From the IMG/VR virus record IMGVR_UViG_3300017987_000047: a stretch of 64,000 bases of DNA; one strand, written 5' to 3'. The position numbers and the translations under genes are program-made. Source of the DNA: a virus. Its lineage: Duplodnaviria > Heunggongvirae > Uroviricota > Caudoviricetes. This document shows positions 1 to 9,428 of this stretch, piece by piece (position 1 is the stretch's first letter; every line of letters begins with the position of its first letter). The notes under the pieces are model-generated. The model made no database searches, was not told the DNA's origin, and worked only from the letters and a program-made list of their open reading frames with translations.

Positions 1-533
1 TTGCGAATAATAAGGAATTGCCCTCTCTGCTTGCTCTCCGGTTTACCTGGAAAACAATCCATACCCTATCCCAGCTATGTGAAAAGGATTGGGAAGATTT
101 AACGGAAAGTGAGCGAAGTTTAGTTCTTGATGGTTTTTATGAAGCTAAGTATGCGAAAATGGAAGATTAGTTGTGATGACAATACTATATCATAATAACG
201 GAGAAGTCTATGGGGAAGTAGAGGAAGTTGATGGGAAAACTCTTGTTACTGTCTATACAAATAAACGTCTATTGCGTGGGGATGTCGCATTTCGTTGGGT
301 AAACGAGAAAGGACTTCCCTTAGAGATAATACGAGAAACCCTAAATAAATATGATGCTGATGTAGAACTGTTAACCTATACTCTCTCCGGAATACAACAT
401 ATCTTAAAATCAAAAGGTTTTAAGTTTGAGCAGTAAGTTTTGACTGTAAGTTTGAAGCAGTAAGTTTTGTGAGAGGTTTGACTGTAAGTTTGAAACAGTA
501 AGTTTTGAAGCAGTAAGTTTTGTGAGACAATAC

Positions 534-605
534 CGGGGTGTAGTCGCGGGGAGCGACGTCTGCTTCGGAAGCAGAAGGCGGCAGGTTCGACCCCTGCCAC
601 CCCGA
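534..605 (+). tRNA. tRNA-Pro(CGG)
   Basis: Acceptor CGGGGTG/CACCCCG, anticodon arm TCTGC-TTCGGAA-GCAGA, T-loop GGTTCGA, A73; no encoded CCA. Confidence 0.9.
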
Positions 606-643
606 CTTGAGATAGTAAGTTTGAAACAGTAAGTTTTGTGAGA

Positions 644-718
644 GGGCTCGCATGTTCCAAGGGTAGGCGATCTGGACTTGCAATCCGGATGAGGTGAGTT
701 CGATTCTCACCGGGTCCA
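644..718 (+). tRNA. tRNA-Ala(TGC)
   Basis: Acceptor GGGCTCG/CGGGTCC with the G3:U70 Ala identity pair; anticodon arm CTGGA-CTTGCAA-TCCGG. Confidence 0.88.
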
Positions 719-735
719 TTTGAGTAAGTTTGAAG

Positions 736-840
736 CAGAGCGTGGAGGAGTCTGGATGTCCTCGTCCGCCAAGGACCGTTATATAACGGACGCCACCCCT
801 TGGACGCGGAAGAACGTGGGTTCAAATCCCACCGCTCTGA
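736..840 (+). tRNA. tRNA-Pro-like with a 29-nt insertion/intron in the anticodon loop (TGG or AGG)
   Basis: Acceptor CAGAGCG/CGCTCTG plus A73; T arm GTGGG-TTCAAAT-CCCAC; stem TCCGC/GCGGA encloses a 36-nt loop (770-805). Confidence 0.75.
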
Positions 841-851
841 TGCAAATAAAT

Positions 852-1181
852 GCCAACGTAGCTCAATTAGGCAGAGCAGCTCACTTGTTTGAATACGAGC
901 GCCTATAATGAAAGTTGTAGGATGAACCGGGTGAATTCAGGGAAGGCTAAGTCTTTTAGGATATGTTAACCCTGAGCCAAGCCAGAAGTACACTTCTGGA
1001 AGGTGCAGAGACTACTGGAGAGGTTCAGCCCTCTTAATAACCAGCTAGAGCGCCCGGCACCCTAACGAGGAAGACGAGGGTGGTGAGATAGTCCAACACT
1101 TATTGGAAACAATAAGGAAAAAGAGAACAGTTCTCTTTTGTGGTAATGAGCAGGTTGTCAGTTCGATTCTGACCGTTGGCT
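852..1181 (+). tRNA. tRNA-Thr(TGT) interrupted by a group I intron
   Basis: 5' exon 852-886 (GCCAACG...GCTCACTT) and 3' exon 1143-1181 (GTAATGAGC...CGTTGGCT) join to give the loop CTTGTAA. Confidence 0.88.
887..1142 (+). ncRNA. Group I self-splicing intron (ORF-less, 256 nt)
   Basis: Core motifs AACCCTGAGCCAAG, GTGCAGAGACTA and GAGATAGTCC; 5' exon ends in U with a U.G pair in P1 (CTTG/CGAG); intron ends in G. Confidence 0.85.
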
Positions 1182-1225
1182 CTAACAAGTGCCTTTTAAG
1201 GGCCGATCCTTGGGGCCTAGCGAAG

Positions 1226-1300
1226 CGAAGCGTGGGCTAATTGGGAAGCCGCTTGCTTTGGGAGCAAGACATCATGGGAGTTCAAGTCTCTCCGCCTCGA
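1226..1300 (+). tRNA. tRNA-Pro(TGG)
   Basis: Anticodon arm CTTGC-TTTGGGA-GCAAG; T-loop GTTCAAG; acceptor CGAAGCG/CGCCTCG with one mismatch. Confidence 0.82.
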
Positions 1301-1327
1301 TACTAATAAGTGCCTTTTCGGAGCTCT

Positions 1328-2362
1328 TTAATTATTTTCACATTGTGGGAAATGGTGTTCTCTGTGGCAGGTCGAGCACAATAAAATACATTTTTCTGCT
1401 TCTTTTAAAATTTTCTTCCACGGCCGGCATAACCCTGTTCGGGACAATGAAAAATCTTTTCCTTTTTCATGATGAAATTCTAAGCCTGTAAGATTTTTTT
1501 TATACCCACAAATAGAACATTCCCCTCCCTTCAAACCGATTAACTTTTTCCTTTTAAGAAGGTCTCTTCGTTTTGTTCGGCAGTGGCTATTTTGCTTACT
1601 TGAAATTTTTAAGTTCCTTAGTAAGCTTTTTAATTTATCTTCATCAAAATCTTTATTATGAATTTCGTGATGGCAATTCGCACAAACTAAAATACATTTC
1701 TTTGCTTCCTCTAGAAGGGTATCCCAGTGCTTTTCAAAGGCAGCGGTATTTAAGTTAAAAGTTTTTTCTTTAACATGATGAAAATCTAGAGCTGCTAAAT
1801 TTTTAGCGTAACCACAAATAGAGCATTTTCCTCCATTAAGTTCTACTAATTTCTTTTTCCTTCTAAGAAGAGAAGCATTTCGTTTTTCTTTAGTCTTTGC
1901 ATCCCGGGGAATATTTCTACTTTTCTTTTTACATCTATAGCATGTCCTTGCGTGAAGCTTTTTTCTATCTTCCGGTAGGGGATCGCCACAAACAACACAA
2001 GTTTCCCAACTACAGTTGCCACAGACTTTAATCGCTGCTTTTTTATGCCCCTTAATTATAAACTCTTCCCCACACCGGGAACAAAGCTTTTTATATTCTT
2101 TAGGCTTCTTTCTTACGTTATTATAAGAAGCTGAACACGACTGGGAGCAAAACTTATCACTTGTTTTAGAGGTTATAATCTCTCCACAATTCAAACAATG
2201 TTTTATATTTTTAGGATTAAGTTTACATGCTGGTTCGTGTTTAACTAGATTCGGTTTTGTAAACTCCTTACTACAAAACTTACATTTATACCTTTTGGAA
2301 TTTATTTTCTTTGCATTTTCTCTACAAATTTCAATTCTTTTTTCTATTCCTGTCTTCTCCAC
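1328..2362 (-). CDS. HNH homing endonuclease with zinc fingers and two HNH domains
   Basis: Two GGxCSICGY..NL..L[DE]FHH...CIL[VL]C..CH.E.H units and N-terminal CxxC repeats; likely GTG start at 2362 after a GGAGGT SD. Confidence 0.85.
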   Translation of the reverse strand: MEKTGIEKRIEICRENAKKINSKRYKCKFCSKEFTKPNLVKHEPACKLNPKNIKHCLNCGEIITSKTSDKFCSQSCSASYNNVRKKPKEYKKLCSRCGEEFIIKGHKKAAIKVCGNCSWETCVVCGDPLPEDRKKLHARTCYRCKKKSRNIPRDAKTKEKRNASLLRRKKKLVELNGGKCSICGYAKNLAALDFHHVKEKTFNLNTAAFEKHWDTLLEEAKKCILVCANCHHEIHNKDFDEDKLKSLLRNLKISSKQNSHCRTKRRDLLKRKKLIGLKGGECSICGYKKNLTGLEFHHEKGKDFSLSRTGLCRPWKKILKEAEKCILLCSTCHREHHFPQCENN

Positions 2363-2464
2363 AGACTTACCTCCAATACTTTTTAGTATAATATACAGGT
2401 TATTTTGCGAAAAAATTGTCACATGGGGACTCATTACCCGCATTTAGAGATGGAGAGTTAAGAG

Positions 2465-3184
2465 ATGACGTTAAAGGGCCGGGTTATTCAAGATTTTCAA
2501 AAGTATATATCAAAAGACTTTTTAGGTAGCCTAGTCCAGCCTTATTTTGATTATGTTTTGGATCTGGACCCTTTTCCGGGATGGAAAGAAACTTGGAAAA
2601 AACTTAATAACTTAGATAATGTTACTATTTCGATGGAGATGGGCTACGCGGATTTCGAAAACCCCACCAGAAGATGCAGTCTTCTTTGTTTCGCTGTTAA
2701 CCCTATTTATATTCCCATTCATAAAAAGGATATCCCTAAGAATTGGATTTTCTTTGAAGATGCTATAACACACTACGATAAAAAGATTAATAGACTGTTA
2801 TGTAATATAATGGATGGGGTAAGGAGCAGGTGTAAAAAGTTTTTTACTAAACATTTTAATATTCTCTATAAAGCAGACCCGTTTCACTGGTCCTATATGA
2901 CTTACGTAAAAGAGAAAACTAAAGTGGAAGTAGAAGTAGAGGTCCCGTTGAAAAATTCTTGGCAAGACGGGACTTACGTAAGGGAAGAAATGGAAGTGGA
3001 AATGGAAGTAGAGGTCCCGTTGAAAAATTCTTGGCTATACCGAATAGCCTCCCTCTCGGATGATCTTGGATTTGATCTTTCACTATTTGAAGAAATTGAA
3101 GCAGACCTCCCCCGAGAAGCTTATCTAACATCTCAATACCCCTATTTAAGAAATCTTGCAAGAAAAGAGTTAGGATTAAAATAG
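2465..3184 (+). CDS. Hypothetical protein with C-terminal LT-x6-R tag; contains a 72-bp internal duplication
   Basis: C-terminus EAYLTSQYPYLRNLARKELGLK; EVEVPLKNSW occurs twice. Confidence 0.75.
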   Translation: MTLKGRVIQDFQKYISKDFLGSLVQPYFDYVLDLDPFPGWKETWKKLNNLDNVTISMEMGYADFENPTRRCSLLCFAVNPIYIPIHKKDIPKNWIFFEDAITHYDKKINRLLCNIMDGVRSRCKKFFTKHFNILYKADPFHWSYMTYVKEKTKVEVEVEVPLKNSWQDGTYVREEMEVEMEVEVPLKNSWLYRIASLSDDLGFDLSLFEEIEADLPREAYLTSQYPYLRNLARKELGLK

Positions 3185-3230
3185 CACATTAAAATCCCAG
3201 TTAATTACGATTCGCTATTTCTAATCCAAT

Positions 3231-3262
3231 TCTTTCGTTATTCAAAATAAAATCGTTATATA
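3231..3262 (+). promoter_or_regulatory. Phage promoter motif TCTTTCGTT-N17-TATATA
   Basis: One of 8 intergenic copies with identical 17-nt spacing. Confidence 0.7.
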
Positions 3263-3312
3263 TTTAGGGTTGAAGTTGCGCCAAAAGGAAATTACTTTTA
3301 GGAGAATTTGAG

Positions 3313-4257
3313 ATGATTAGGGTCTCAACAAAAACTCATTTTGTTTTATATGCCTATACTTATCCGGATAAAATCAAATTAGCAAAAGCAAATTTGAAAC
3401 TAAAGAAAAAAGAAAAAACAAAACTATCAATTAAAATTGGGGATACAATTCAAGGGGTCGATAAAAAGAAATCTGTAGAAGAATGTGCTTGGCTACGGAT
3501 GAATCAGCAGGGGGATGCTAACGAAAGCCAGAAAAAAATCTTATTTAAGGCATGGTTTATTGAAAAAACTTCGTACTTTCGTAGGGATAAAGATCTTCAT
3601 CGGGTACTTAAACAAAGAGGAATGCAACCAAAAGATGAATATGATGGCAAAGGGTGTGAATGGTTTAATATTTCTTACGACGGAACAAAAGAAAGCAGTA
3701 TTAAAGAAATTGAAGAGTTTATAACAAGGGTGCAAAAGAAAAACCCAAGGGAAATTCTCAGACTCGAACCACTTCAAGAGAAAAAGTTAAACCAATGTCT
3801 GCTTCTCATAGACCAATTTATACAAGAAGGCAGAAGTTCCGAAATTTGTAATATCATTGCTAATCTCTGCCCAAGATTTGGAAAAACTCTTTGGGCTTTA
3901 CGCCTATTCCAAGAACTTAATAAAAAATACGGGAATAATTTACTCCTTTTACCTGCCTATGCTCTTTCTTCCCATTCTTCTTTCGAGAAAGAAATTGATA
4001 AATACGAAGATTTCCGTAACATAAGATTTATTGATATTTATGAGGAAAATTATGATTTGAAAATGGAAGATACCCTAAACTCTGGGGACCTAGCAGTTGT
4101 TTCAATTTCTTCTCATATTGATGAAGCTAAAATTGAAAGGTATTTAAAACCCATTAAAGATTACGATGATGATAAAAAGTTTGTTTTTATAGATGAGGGG
4201 GATCTGGGTATTTGGAAAGAACACGGACGCAAAGTCTTCAAGTATCTGTTTAAATAG
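3313..4257 (+). CDS. GIY-YIG/T5orf172-like nuclease plus SF2 helicase N-terminal half
   Basis: KIGDT...DKDLHRVL...EWF; Walker A CPRFGKT; Walker B IDEGD; ends at a TAG in frame with the next ORF. Confidence 0.7.
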   Translation: MIRVSTKTHFVLYAYTYPDKIKLAKANLKLKKKEKTKLSIKIGDTIQGVDKKKSVEECAWLRMNQQGDANESQKKILFKAWFIEKTSYFRRDKDLHRVLKQRGMQPKDEYDGKGCEWFNISYDGTKESSIKEIEEFITRVQKKNPREILRLEPLQEKKLNQCLLLIDQFIQEGRSSEICNIIANLCPRFGKTLWALRLFQELNKKYGNNLLLLPAYALSSHSSFEKEIDKYEDFRNIRFIDIYEENYDLKMEDTLNSGDLAVVSISSHIDEAKIERYLKPIKDYDDDKKFVFIDEGDLGIWKEHGRKVFKYLFK

Positions 4258-4269
4258 AAAGCGAATTAC

Positions 4270-6873
4270 ATGCCAGCTATCCTTATTAACGCATCTGGAA
4301 CAGGTCTTTCGAAATTAGCTCTGGGCCAAGAAGGAAAAACTTATGGGTTAATTGAAACTGCTTATTGCCAGATAGAAAAACTTCATAAAAATAGCGTCAA
4401 ACGAGATTTTTACCAATTAAAATTAAACTCCGAAATTCCTGATTTAAAAAAATATATAGAAGACTCTGGAAATTTTAAATGGAAAAGAATGATTGAGGAC
4501 GTCAACAAGAATTCAAGAATTTGGAAAAAACTGTTTAGCGGATTTTTTGATTTAGATGATGAAGATTTTAAGGAGCTATCATTAAATAGAATCCTAGGAA
4601 AAACTCCGCATGTTATAAAAATCGATGTTGGTTTTATTAAAAACGAGGAGCTAGAAAAATTATACAATTTAACAAAGGACTGGTTAAAAAAATATATCGT
4701 TATCCAGCTCCAAGGGGAAGCTAATAACGATTTAAATACAAATAACAGAAACGCTGAAGATATTGTTAAAAATGCGGTTGAGGATGCTAGGGAGAAAGAA
4801 AAGCAGGGGGTGATAATCTTAGCCAGTAGTAGAATGGGTGTGAGAAGCTTCTCTGTTTCCGAAGTTGAAGCTGTTATCGAAATGTATGATAAAGGATCCC
4901 AAGAAGTTGCTTCGCAATTAATGCTTAGAGTTTGTACTCCAGGTACCTGTTATAATGGGGAAACCAAGAAGAGGGGCGCCATTATTACATTATCAATAGA
5001 CCCTAATCGGGATGAAACTTTCTTATTAACATTATTGAATGAAGCTAAAATCGTTGCAAATGAAGAAAAAATTTCAATAGCGGACGCTTTAAAAGATTGG
5101 GTTTTAGATTCGATGAATATTTTTAGGGTAAATGAGGTGGGTTCCTATATAAAAATGGCCCCAGAAAAAGTTATCGAGACCCTATTAGAAAAAGAAAATC
5201 TTTTAAGAATTGCAGAAGTAGCATCAATTTTAAAATTGGAAGATCCGAATCTTGATAAAACTATACTTTCTATTTTAGATAAAGTAAAGGATGAAAAAAC
5301 CAGGAGGAAGAAAAAAGAAAAAGTTTTGAAACCATGTAAAACCCATGGAAAGCCCGGAAATAAAGCTGGAAAAAAATCAGAAGCAGACGAAGACTTATTA
5401 AAAGAGAGACGGAAAAAACTAGTATTTCTTAATAGACAAACAGGAATAACTGTTGCTGAGCTAGCAAATTGTGGAGCTGGTTATCGCAAATGTATTGAAA
5501 TAATCCAAGCTGCCACCCCAATAAAAAAGTATTTCGAAAAATTAACGGGAATTTTAGTTGAAGAGATTATTCAATTAATAGACGCAGAATTTCTAAATAC
5601 CCACTGGTTAGACCTTATTGTTGCAAAATCCTTTCAAGATTTTGAGCTAGAAAAACAAAGTGGAACAATTCCTTCTTGCGAACGAACAAAAAATAGAATT
5701 TCTAATAAAAGTAACGCCGTTTTAGGGACTAGGGACGCGGAAAAATTATGGAAAAAAGCTTTAAAAGAAATTTCTTTAAAAAAGAAACAAATAAAGATTT
5801 TAAATGTTGCTGCGGGGTATGGAACAGAAGCAAATTTACTCAAAAAGGAAATGGAAAAATCCGGATGGAATAATACAGAAATTCAAAACTCTCTATATCT
5901 ACTAGATAATGACCCTGGAATGGTAAAAAGACTTAAGGATCTTGAGTATAATAATATAATAGAAAAGGATTTTGAAAAATGGAAAACTTTAATGAAATTC
6001 GATTATATTATTGGGAATCCCCCATATAAAAGGGGGCTTCATCTAAAATTTTTGAAGAAGGCAAGAAAACTTTTAAATGATGGGGGAAAAGCAATTTTTG
6101 TTCACCCCGCAACCTGGGTTTTGAACGAGATTCCGGGAAGCGATATTAAAAAATCTAGGGAAGAGATTGAGCCATATACTATAGGGTTTTACTTTTTCGA
6201 TGGAAAAAAATATTTTCCTAAAGACGATGCAGATTTAGGAATGACTTTATCTATAACAACTATTCAATCTCGGCAGAGAGATTCAAAAATTAAGGTAGAA
6301 TTTGAAGACTTAAAGAAGTATAGTAAATACGAAGTAAATTCTTTCGATGAAATTAATAAATATGGTAATAACCCTTTCTATAAATCCTTAAAAAAGAAAA
6401 TTCTAAAAGAAGTAACTAACAAAGGATCCCTAGCTGAAAATTTGAATCGGGGAGGAAAGTATTACGTTTATATTTGCAATATAATTGGAACACAAGAAAA
6501 CAACCAGTGGGGAGGAAATTCTAGATTTTTTACTTTCTTCGCAGAGGAGCTCTCAAAAAAAGCAGGAATAAAAGCGAAGGTGTATTTGAAGAAACCAGAT
6601 AAAGCATCAACAAGATATATCGGATTTGAAACTTTGGAAGAAGCTAAAAATTGTATTTCTTATCTTAAGACTTTCTTCGCAAGATTTTGCCTAAGCATCG
6701 CTAAATTTGATAGAACAATTAATAAAATAACGTTAACTTTAATTCCCTGGCAAAATTTCAAACAGCCCTGGTCCGATGAAAAACTTTTTAATCAGTCTAA
6801 TTTATCAAAAAAAGAAATTATTTTTATTAAGAATACAATTCCAAAAGCTTATAATGACGTAGAGCTAAAATGA
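4270..6873 (+). CDS. Helicase C-terminal half fused to an N6-adenine DNA methyltransferase (Eco57I/type IIG-like)
   Basis: Motif III-like ASGT at the N-terminus; SAM-binding NVAAGYG; catalytic IIGNPPY; C-terminal YLKT.FARF...PWSDEKL. Confidence 0.75.
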   Translation: MPAILINASGTGLSKLALGQEGKTYGLIETAYCQIEKLHKNSVKRDFYQLKLNSEIPDLKKYIEDSGNFKWKRMIEDVNKNSRIWKKLFSGFFDLDDEDFKELSLNRILGKTPHVIKIDVGFIKNEELEKLYNLTKDWLKKYIVIQLQGEANNDLNTNNRNAEDIVKNAVEDAREKEKQGVIILASSRMGVRSFSVSEVEAVIEMYDKGSQEVASQLMLRVCTPGTCYNGETKKRGAIITLSIDPNRDETFLLTLLNEAKIVANEEKISIADALKDWVLDSMNIFRVNEVGSYIKMAPEKVIETLLEKENLLRIAEVASILKLEDPNLDKTILSILDKVKDEKTRRKKKEKVLKPCKTHGKPGNKAGKKSEADEDLLKERRKKLVFLNRQTGITVAELANCGAGYRKCIEIIQAATPIKKYFEKLTGILVEEIIQLIDAEFLNTHWLDLIVAKSFQDFELEKQSGTIPSCERTKNRISNKSNAVLGTRDAEKLWKKALKEISLKKKQIKILNVAAGYGTEANLLKKEMEKSGWNNTEIQNSLYLLDNDPGMVKRLKDLEYNNIIEKDFEKWKTLMKFDYIIGNPPYKRGLHLKFLKKARKLLNDGGKAIFVHPATWVLNEIPGSDIKKSREEIEPYTIGFYFFDGKKYFPKDDADLGMTLSITTIQSRQRDSKIKVEFEDLKKYSKYEVNSFDEINKYGNNPFYKSLKKKILKEVTNKGSLAENLNRGGKYYVYICNIIGTQENNQWGGNSRFFTFFAEELSKKAGIKAKVYLKKPDKASTRYIGFETLEEAKNCISYLKTFFARFCLSIAKFDRTINKITLTLIPWQNFKQPWSDEKLFNQSNLSKKEIIFIKNTIPKAYNDVELK

Positions 6874-7424
6874 AAACCCCAAAGAGAACACAAGAAACCG
6901 GAGAAGTTTTTACTCCAAATACCTTAGTCCTGCAAATGTTAAAACAGGATAGTTCAAAAACTTTTCTCGACAACTCCTGTGGCAACGGTCAATTCCTTAT
7001 TCAAATTCTTAAACAAAAACTTAAATACCATAGCATTGAAGATTCTCTTTCAACAATCTATGGCGTCGACTTAATGGCAGATAATATCTGTGATACAATT
7101 GCACGCTTAATTTTCTATAAAAACCTCCAAGAAGATATTTTTGATGAAAAAGGGCAACCTAATCCAGATTTAGATTTTGATGGGTATGATGATCACAATT
7201 CATTTGAGATTTTGAGAGATAATAAGTTCAAGCGAAAATACGACTTCAAGAATAATACAATACTTGTCCGGAACAAAAAAAACAAGTGGTGGCTTTTAGA
7301 ATATCGCTTTAATAAAGAAAGATGGCAGAATTTACCAAATATTATATGCGCAGACGCCCTAAAATACCATTATCGGTTTGACAACTCCTATCCCTACGAC
7401 GGGGAAGAAGAAGACTTGATTTAA
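6870..7424 (+). CDS. N6 DNA methyltransferase, SAM-binding half
   Basis: GEVFTP, FLDNSCGNGQF and IYGVDL motifs; no NPPY. Confidence 0.75.
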   Translation: MKTPKRTQETGEVFTPNTLVLQMLKQDSSKTFLDNSCGNGQFLIQILKQKLKYHSIEDSLSTIYGVDLMADNICDTIARLIFYKNLQEDIFDEKGQPNPDLDFDGYDDHNSFEILRDNKFKRKYDFKNNTILVRNKKNKWWLLEYRFNKERWQNLPNIICADALKYHYRFDNSYPYDGEEEDLI

Positions 7425-7537
7425 ACTCTTCTCCACAACTTACCTCCTATGGCTTTTGTATAATATACATGCTGCTTTGCGCAAACTGCCACGCAGAGAC
7501 ACATCACCCCAACTTAATAATGGAGGATTAGGAGACG

Positions 7538-9172
7538 ATGAAATTATTAAGTATCCTAAAAAATTGGCTTATTCAAAGAAAAATGAATAACCTAAAAACT
7601 TGGATTCTAGCTATAAATTCAGCTATAGCTCAACTTGATTGTGTGCGGAGGTCAATTACAATTCAAAACTTATTCCCGGGAGAAACGAAAGAATTTTATG
7701 AAAAATATTTTCGAGCTGAACTCTCCAATCTTTTTGGAGCTGTGCTTGAAAGCTCTACCTTAAAAAGGATAAAGCACTTAGAATTTATTGATGCTACCGC
7801 CGCTATCAACAATATTAACTTTTGGTTAAGGCATCCCAAATTAAAAGAAATTCTAGAAGAACTTTCGGAATCAGTTATTGATATTTATTTACAAGCAAAA
7901 TGTAATGATTTTCTCTATCATTTAACTGGAGACCCTCAAAAGCTTTCAAAAGCAATAAATCAGTATTTAGGTTTGGCAGAAAAAGAGGAAGAAATAGAAA
8001 CAAAATATGCTTCTATCTTTAGAGCTCTTAGCCTCGTTTATATTTCTCGGCTAAATCTTTTTGATCTAGATATAAGTATGCTTGAAAAGCTAAAAACCGC
8101 CCTTGAAAAAATTGACCCCGGTCGAATTAAGTCTAATTATTTTGAAGCTCTTTTTGAAGTTGAGATCAAAGACGAATGGGACGGTACTCAGAAAAAACTC
8201 ACACAAATTCAAAGAGCTAAAGACCCCAAAGAAAGGAATACAGCAGAAACTAAAGTTTTGGAAGAATGGAGCGAATGGAAAGCTAAGAAAGCAAAAGAAA
8301 CTATTGATAGAGATATCGCTTTTATTGGTGATCTGATAATGCTGTTACAGCAAAAACAGAATATTTTAAAAATGTTAAAAGATAAAACATTTTTTGGGTT
8401 TCTTAAATCGGAAGAATTCCATTTATTAGAAAAGACCTTTACTGGGCCAACCGAGAAGCTCATAATATATGCTTTTATTCTTAAGATTAAAAACCAAAAG
8501 GTTCCGGAGATTTCACAGAGTCGGCTAAGTCACTTATTTCCACTAACGCAATATAAATTGGAAAATTTCTATAACTCTAAAAGACCGAATTCCCATTTAA
8601 TTGAAATTTTCCTAAGAGATAGATTTTTAAATTTATCTACGTTTTCAAAAAGAACGGGAATAGCTTTTTTGCAAGGGATAGAGATAGATAGGGAAAATCA
8701 AACCAATCCTTTGCTTGGTGCCCTAGTCGAAAAAGTTATTGAGCTGGACGCAGGCCACCCAGCATTGGAAAAGTTTTTGCGCTATACCCTATGTAAATCG
8801 ACACAGGATAGTTCCGAGAGCCCTCATATGAATAATTCTTTTACAATGTTGAAAAATATTAGAAATGTTGAAAGCCATGGTTTTGCAATTAATTTGTTTA
8901 CAACAAAGCAAATTGTAGAATGGGAAGAGCATGAAATTTTTTCTGCCATAAAACTTATTTTATTTGAACTTAATAAGTTTTTTGCAGAGCAAGAAGAAGC
9001 AAAATTGGGAGAAGCAAAACGTAAAGAAATAGAAGAAATAGAAGAAACAGGAACTTTTTCAAACAGCTCAATCCTTAGTTCAGAAGAAATAGAAAGAGCT
9101 TTAGAGAAATTCTCAACAACTCTCAACAACTCTCTAACAATCTCAAAGACAAACAATCATCAAAATGAATAA
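7538..9172 (+). CDS. Large helical protein with a putative C-terminal HEPN domain
   Basis: KNIRNVESHGF matches the RxxxxH HEPN motif. Confidence 0.45.
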   Translation: MKLLSILKNWLIQRKMNNLKTWILAINSAIAQLDCVRRSITIQNLFPGETKEFYEKYFRAELSNLFGAVLESSTLKRIKHLEFIDATAAINNINFWLRHPKLKEILEELSESVIDIYLQAKCNDFLYHLTGDPQKLSKAINQYLGLAEKEEEIETKYASIFRALSLVYISRLNLFDLDISMLEKLKTALEKIDPGRIKSNYFEALFEVEIKDEWDGTQKKLTQIQRAKDPKERNTAETKVLEEWSEWKAKKAKETIDRDIAFIGDLIMLLQQKQNILKMLKDKTFFGFLKSEEFHLLEKTFTGPTEKLIIYAFILKIKNQKVPEISQSRLSHLFPLTQYKLENFYNSKRPNSHLIEIFLRDRFLNLSTFSKRTGIAFLQGIEIDRENQTNPLLGALVEKVIELDAGHPALEKFLRYTLCKSTQDSSESPHMNNSFTMLKNIRNVESHGFAINLFTTKQIVEWEEHEIFSAIKLILFELNKFFAEQEEAKLGEAKRKEIEEIEETGTFSNSSILSSEEIERALEKFSTTLNNSLTISKTNNHQNE

Positions 9173-9428
9173 TACAGAATTGAAAAAATACATTGAAAAA
9201 ACGAACATCAGGCTTGCCTTAGGTTACGAAGAAACTATTTTCTTTAATTATGGTTTGTTATTGGGCCTTTTCCATGCTGGGAATATTAACAAATCACAAT
9301 ATAAGATGTTCAAAAAAGTCTATGCCAACGAAGAGAACGGAGATCTTAGCTATACAATTGACACTAAAGGAAAACTAATTAAGAATTAACGTATAAAGGG
9401 TCGTGGAAACCCTCTCAAATCCCAAACC

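Larger units (their letters stand above)
421..738 (+). repeat. Interspersed GTAAGTTT(T)G repeats around the first tRNA cluster
   Basis: About 10 copies of (CA/CT)GTAAGTTT(T)G, tandem at 421-525 and again in the spacers at about 616, 629 and 724. Confidence 0.85.

Noticed and set aside
421-525. Possible CRISPR array
   Set aside because: Units are only about 13-15 nt with no unique spacers, and there are no cas genes.
1182-1225. Possible tRNA-associated HDV-like (theta) ribozyme in the spacer
   Set aside because: It is only 44 nt and I could not build the nested double pseudoknot.
376-1491. ORFs 376..825(-), 420..719(-), 720..908 and 1189..1491
   Set aside because: They overlap tRNA genes, the intron and the repeats, so they are shadow ORFs.
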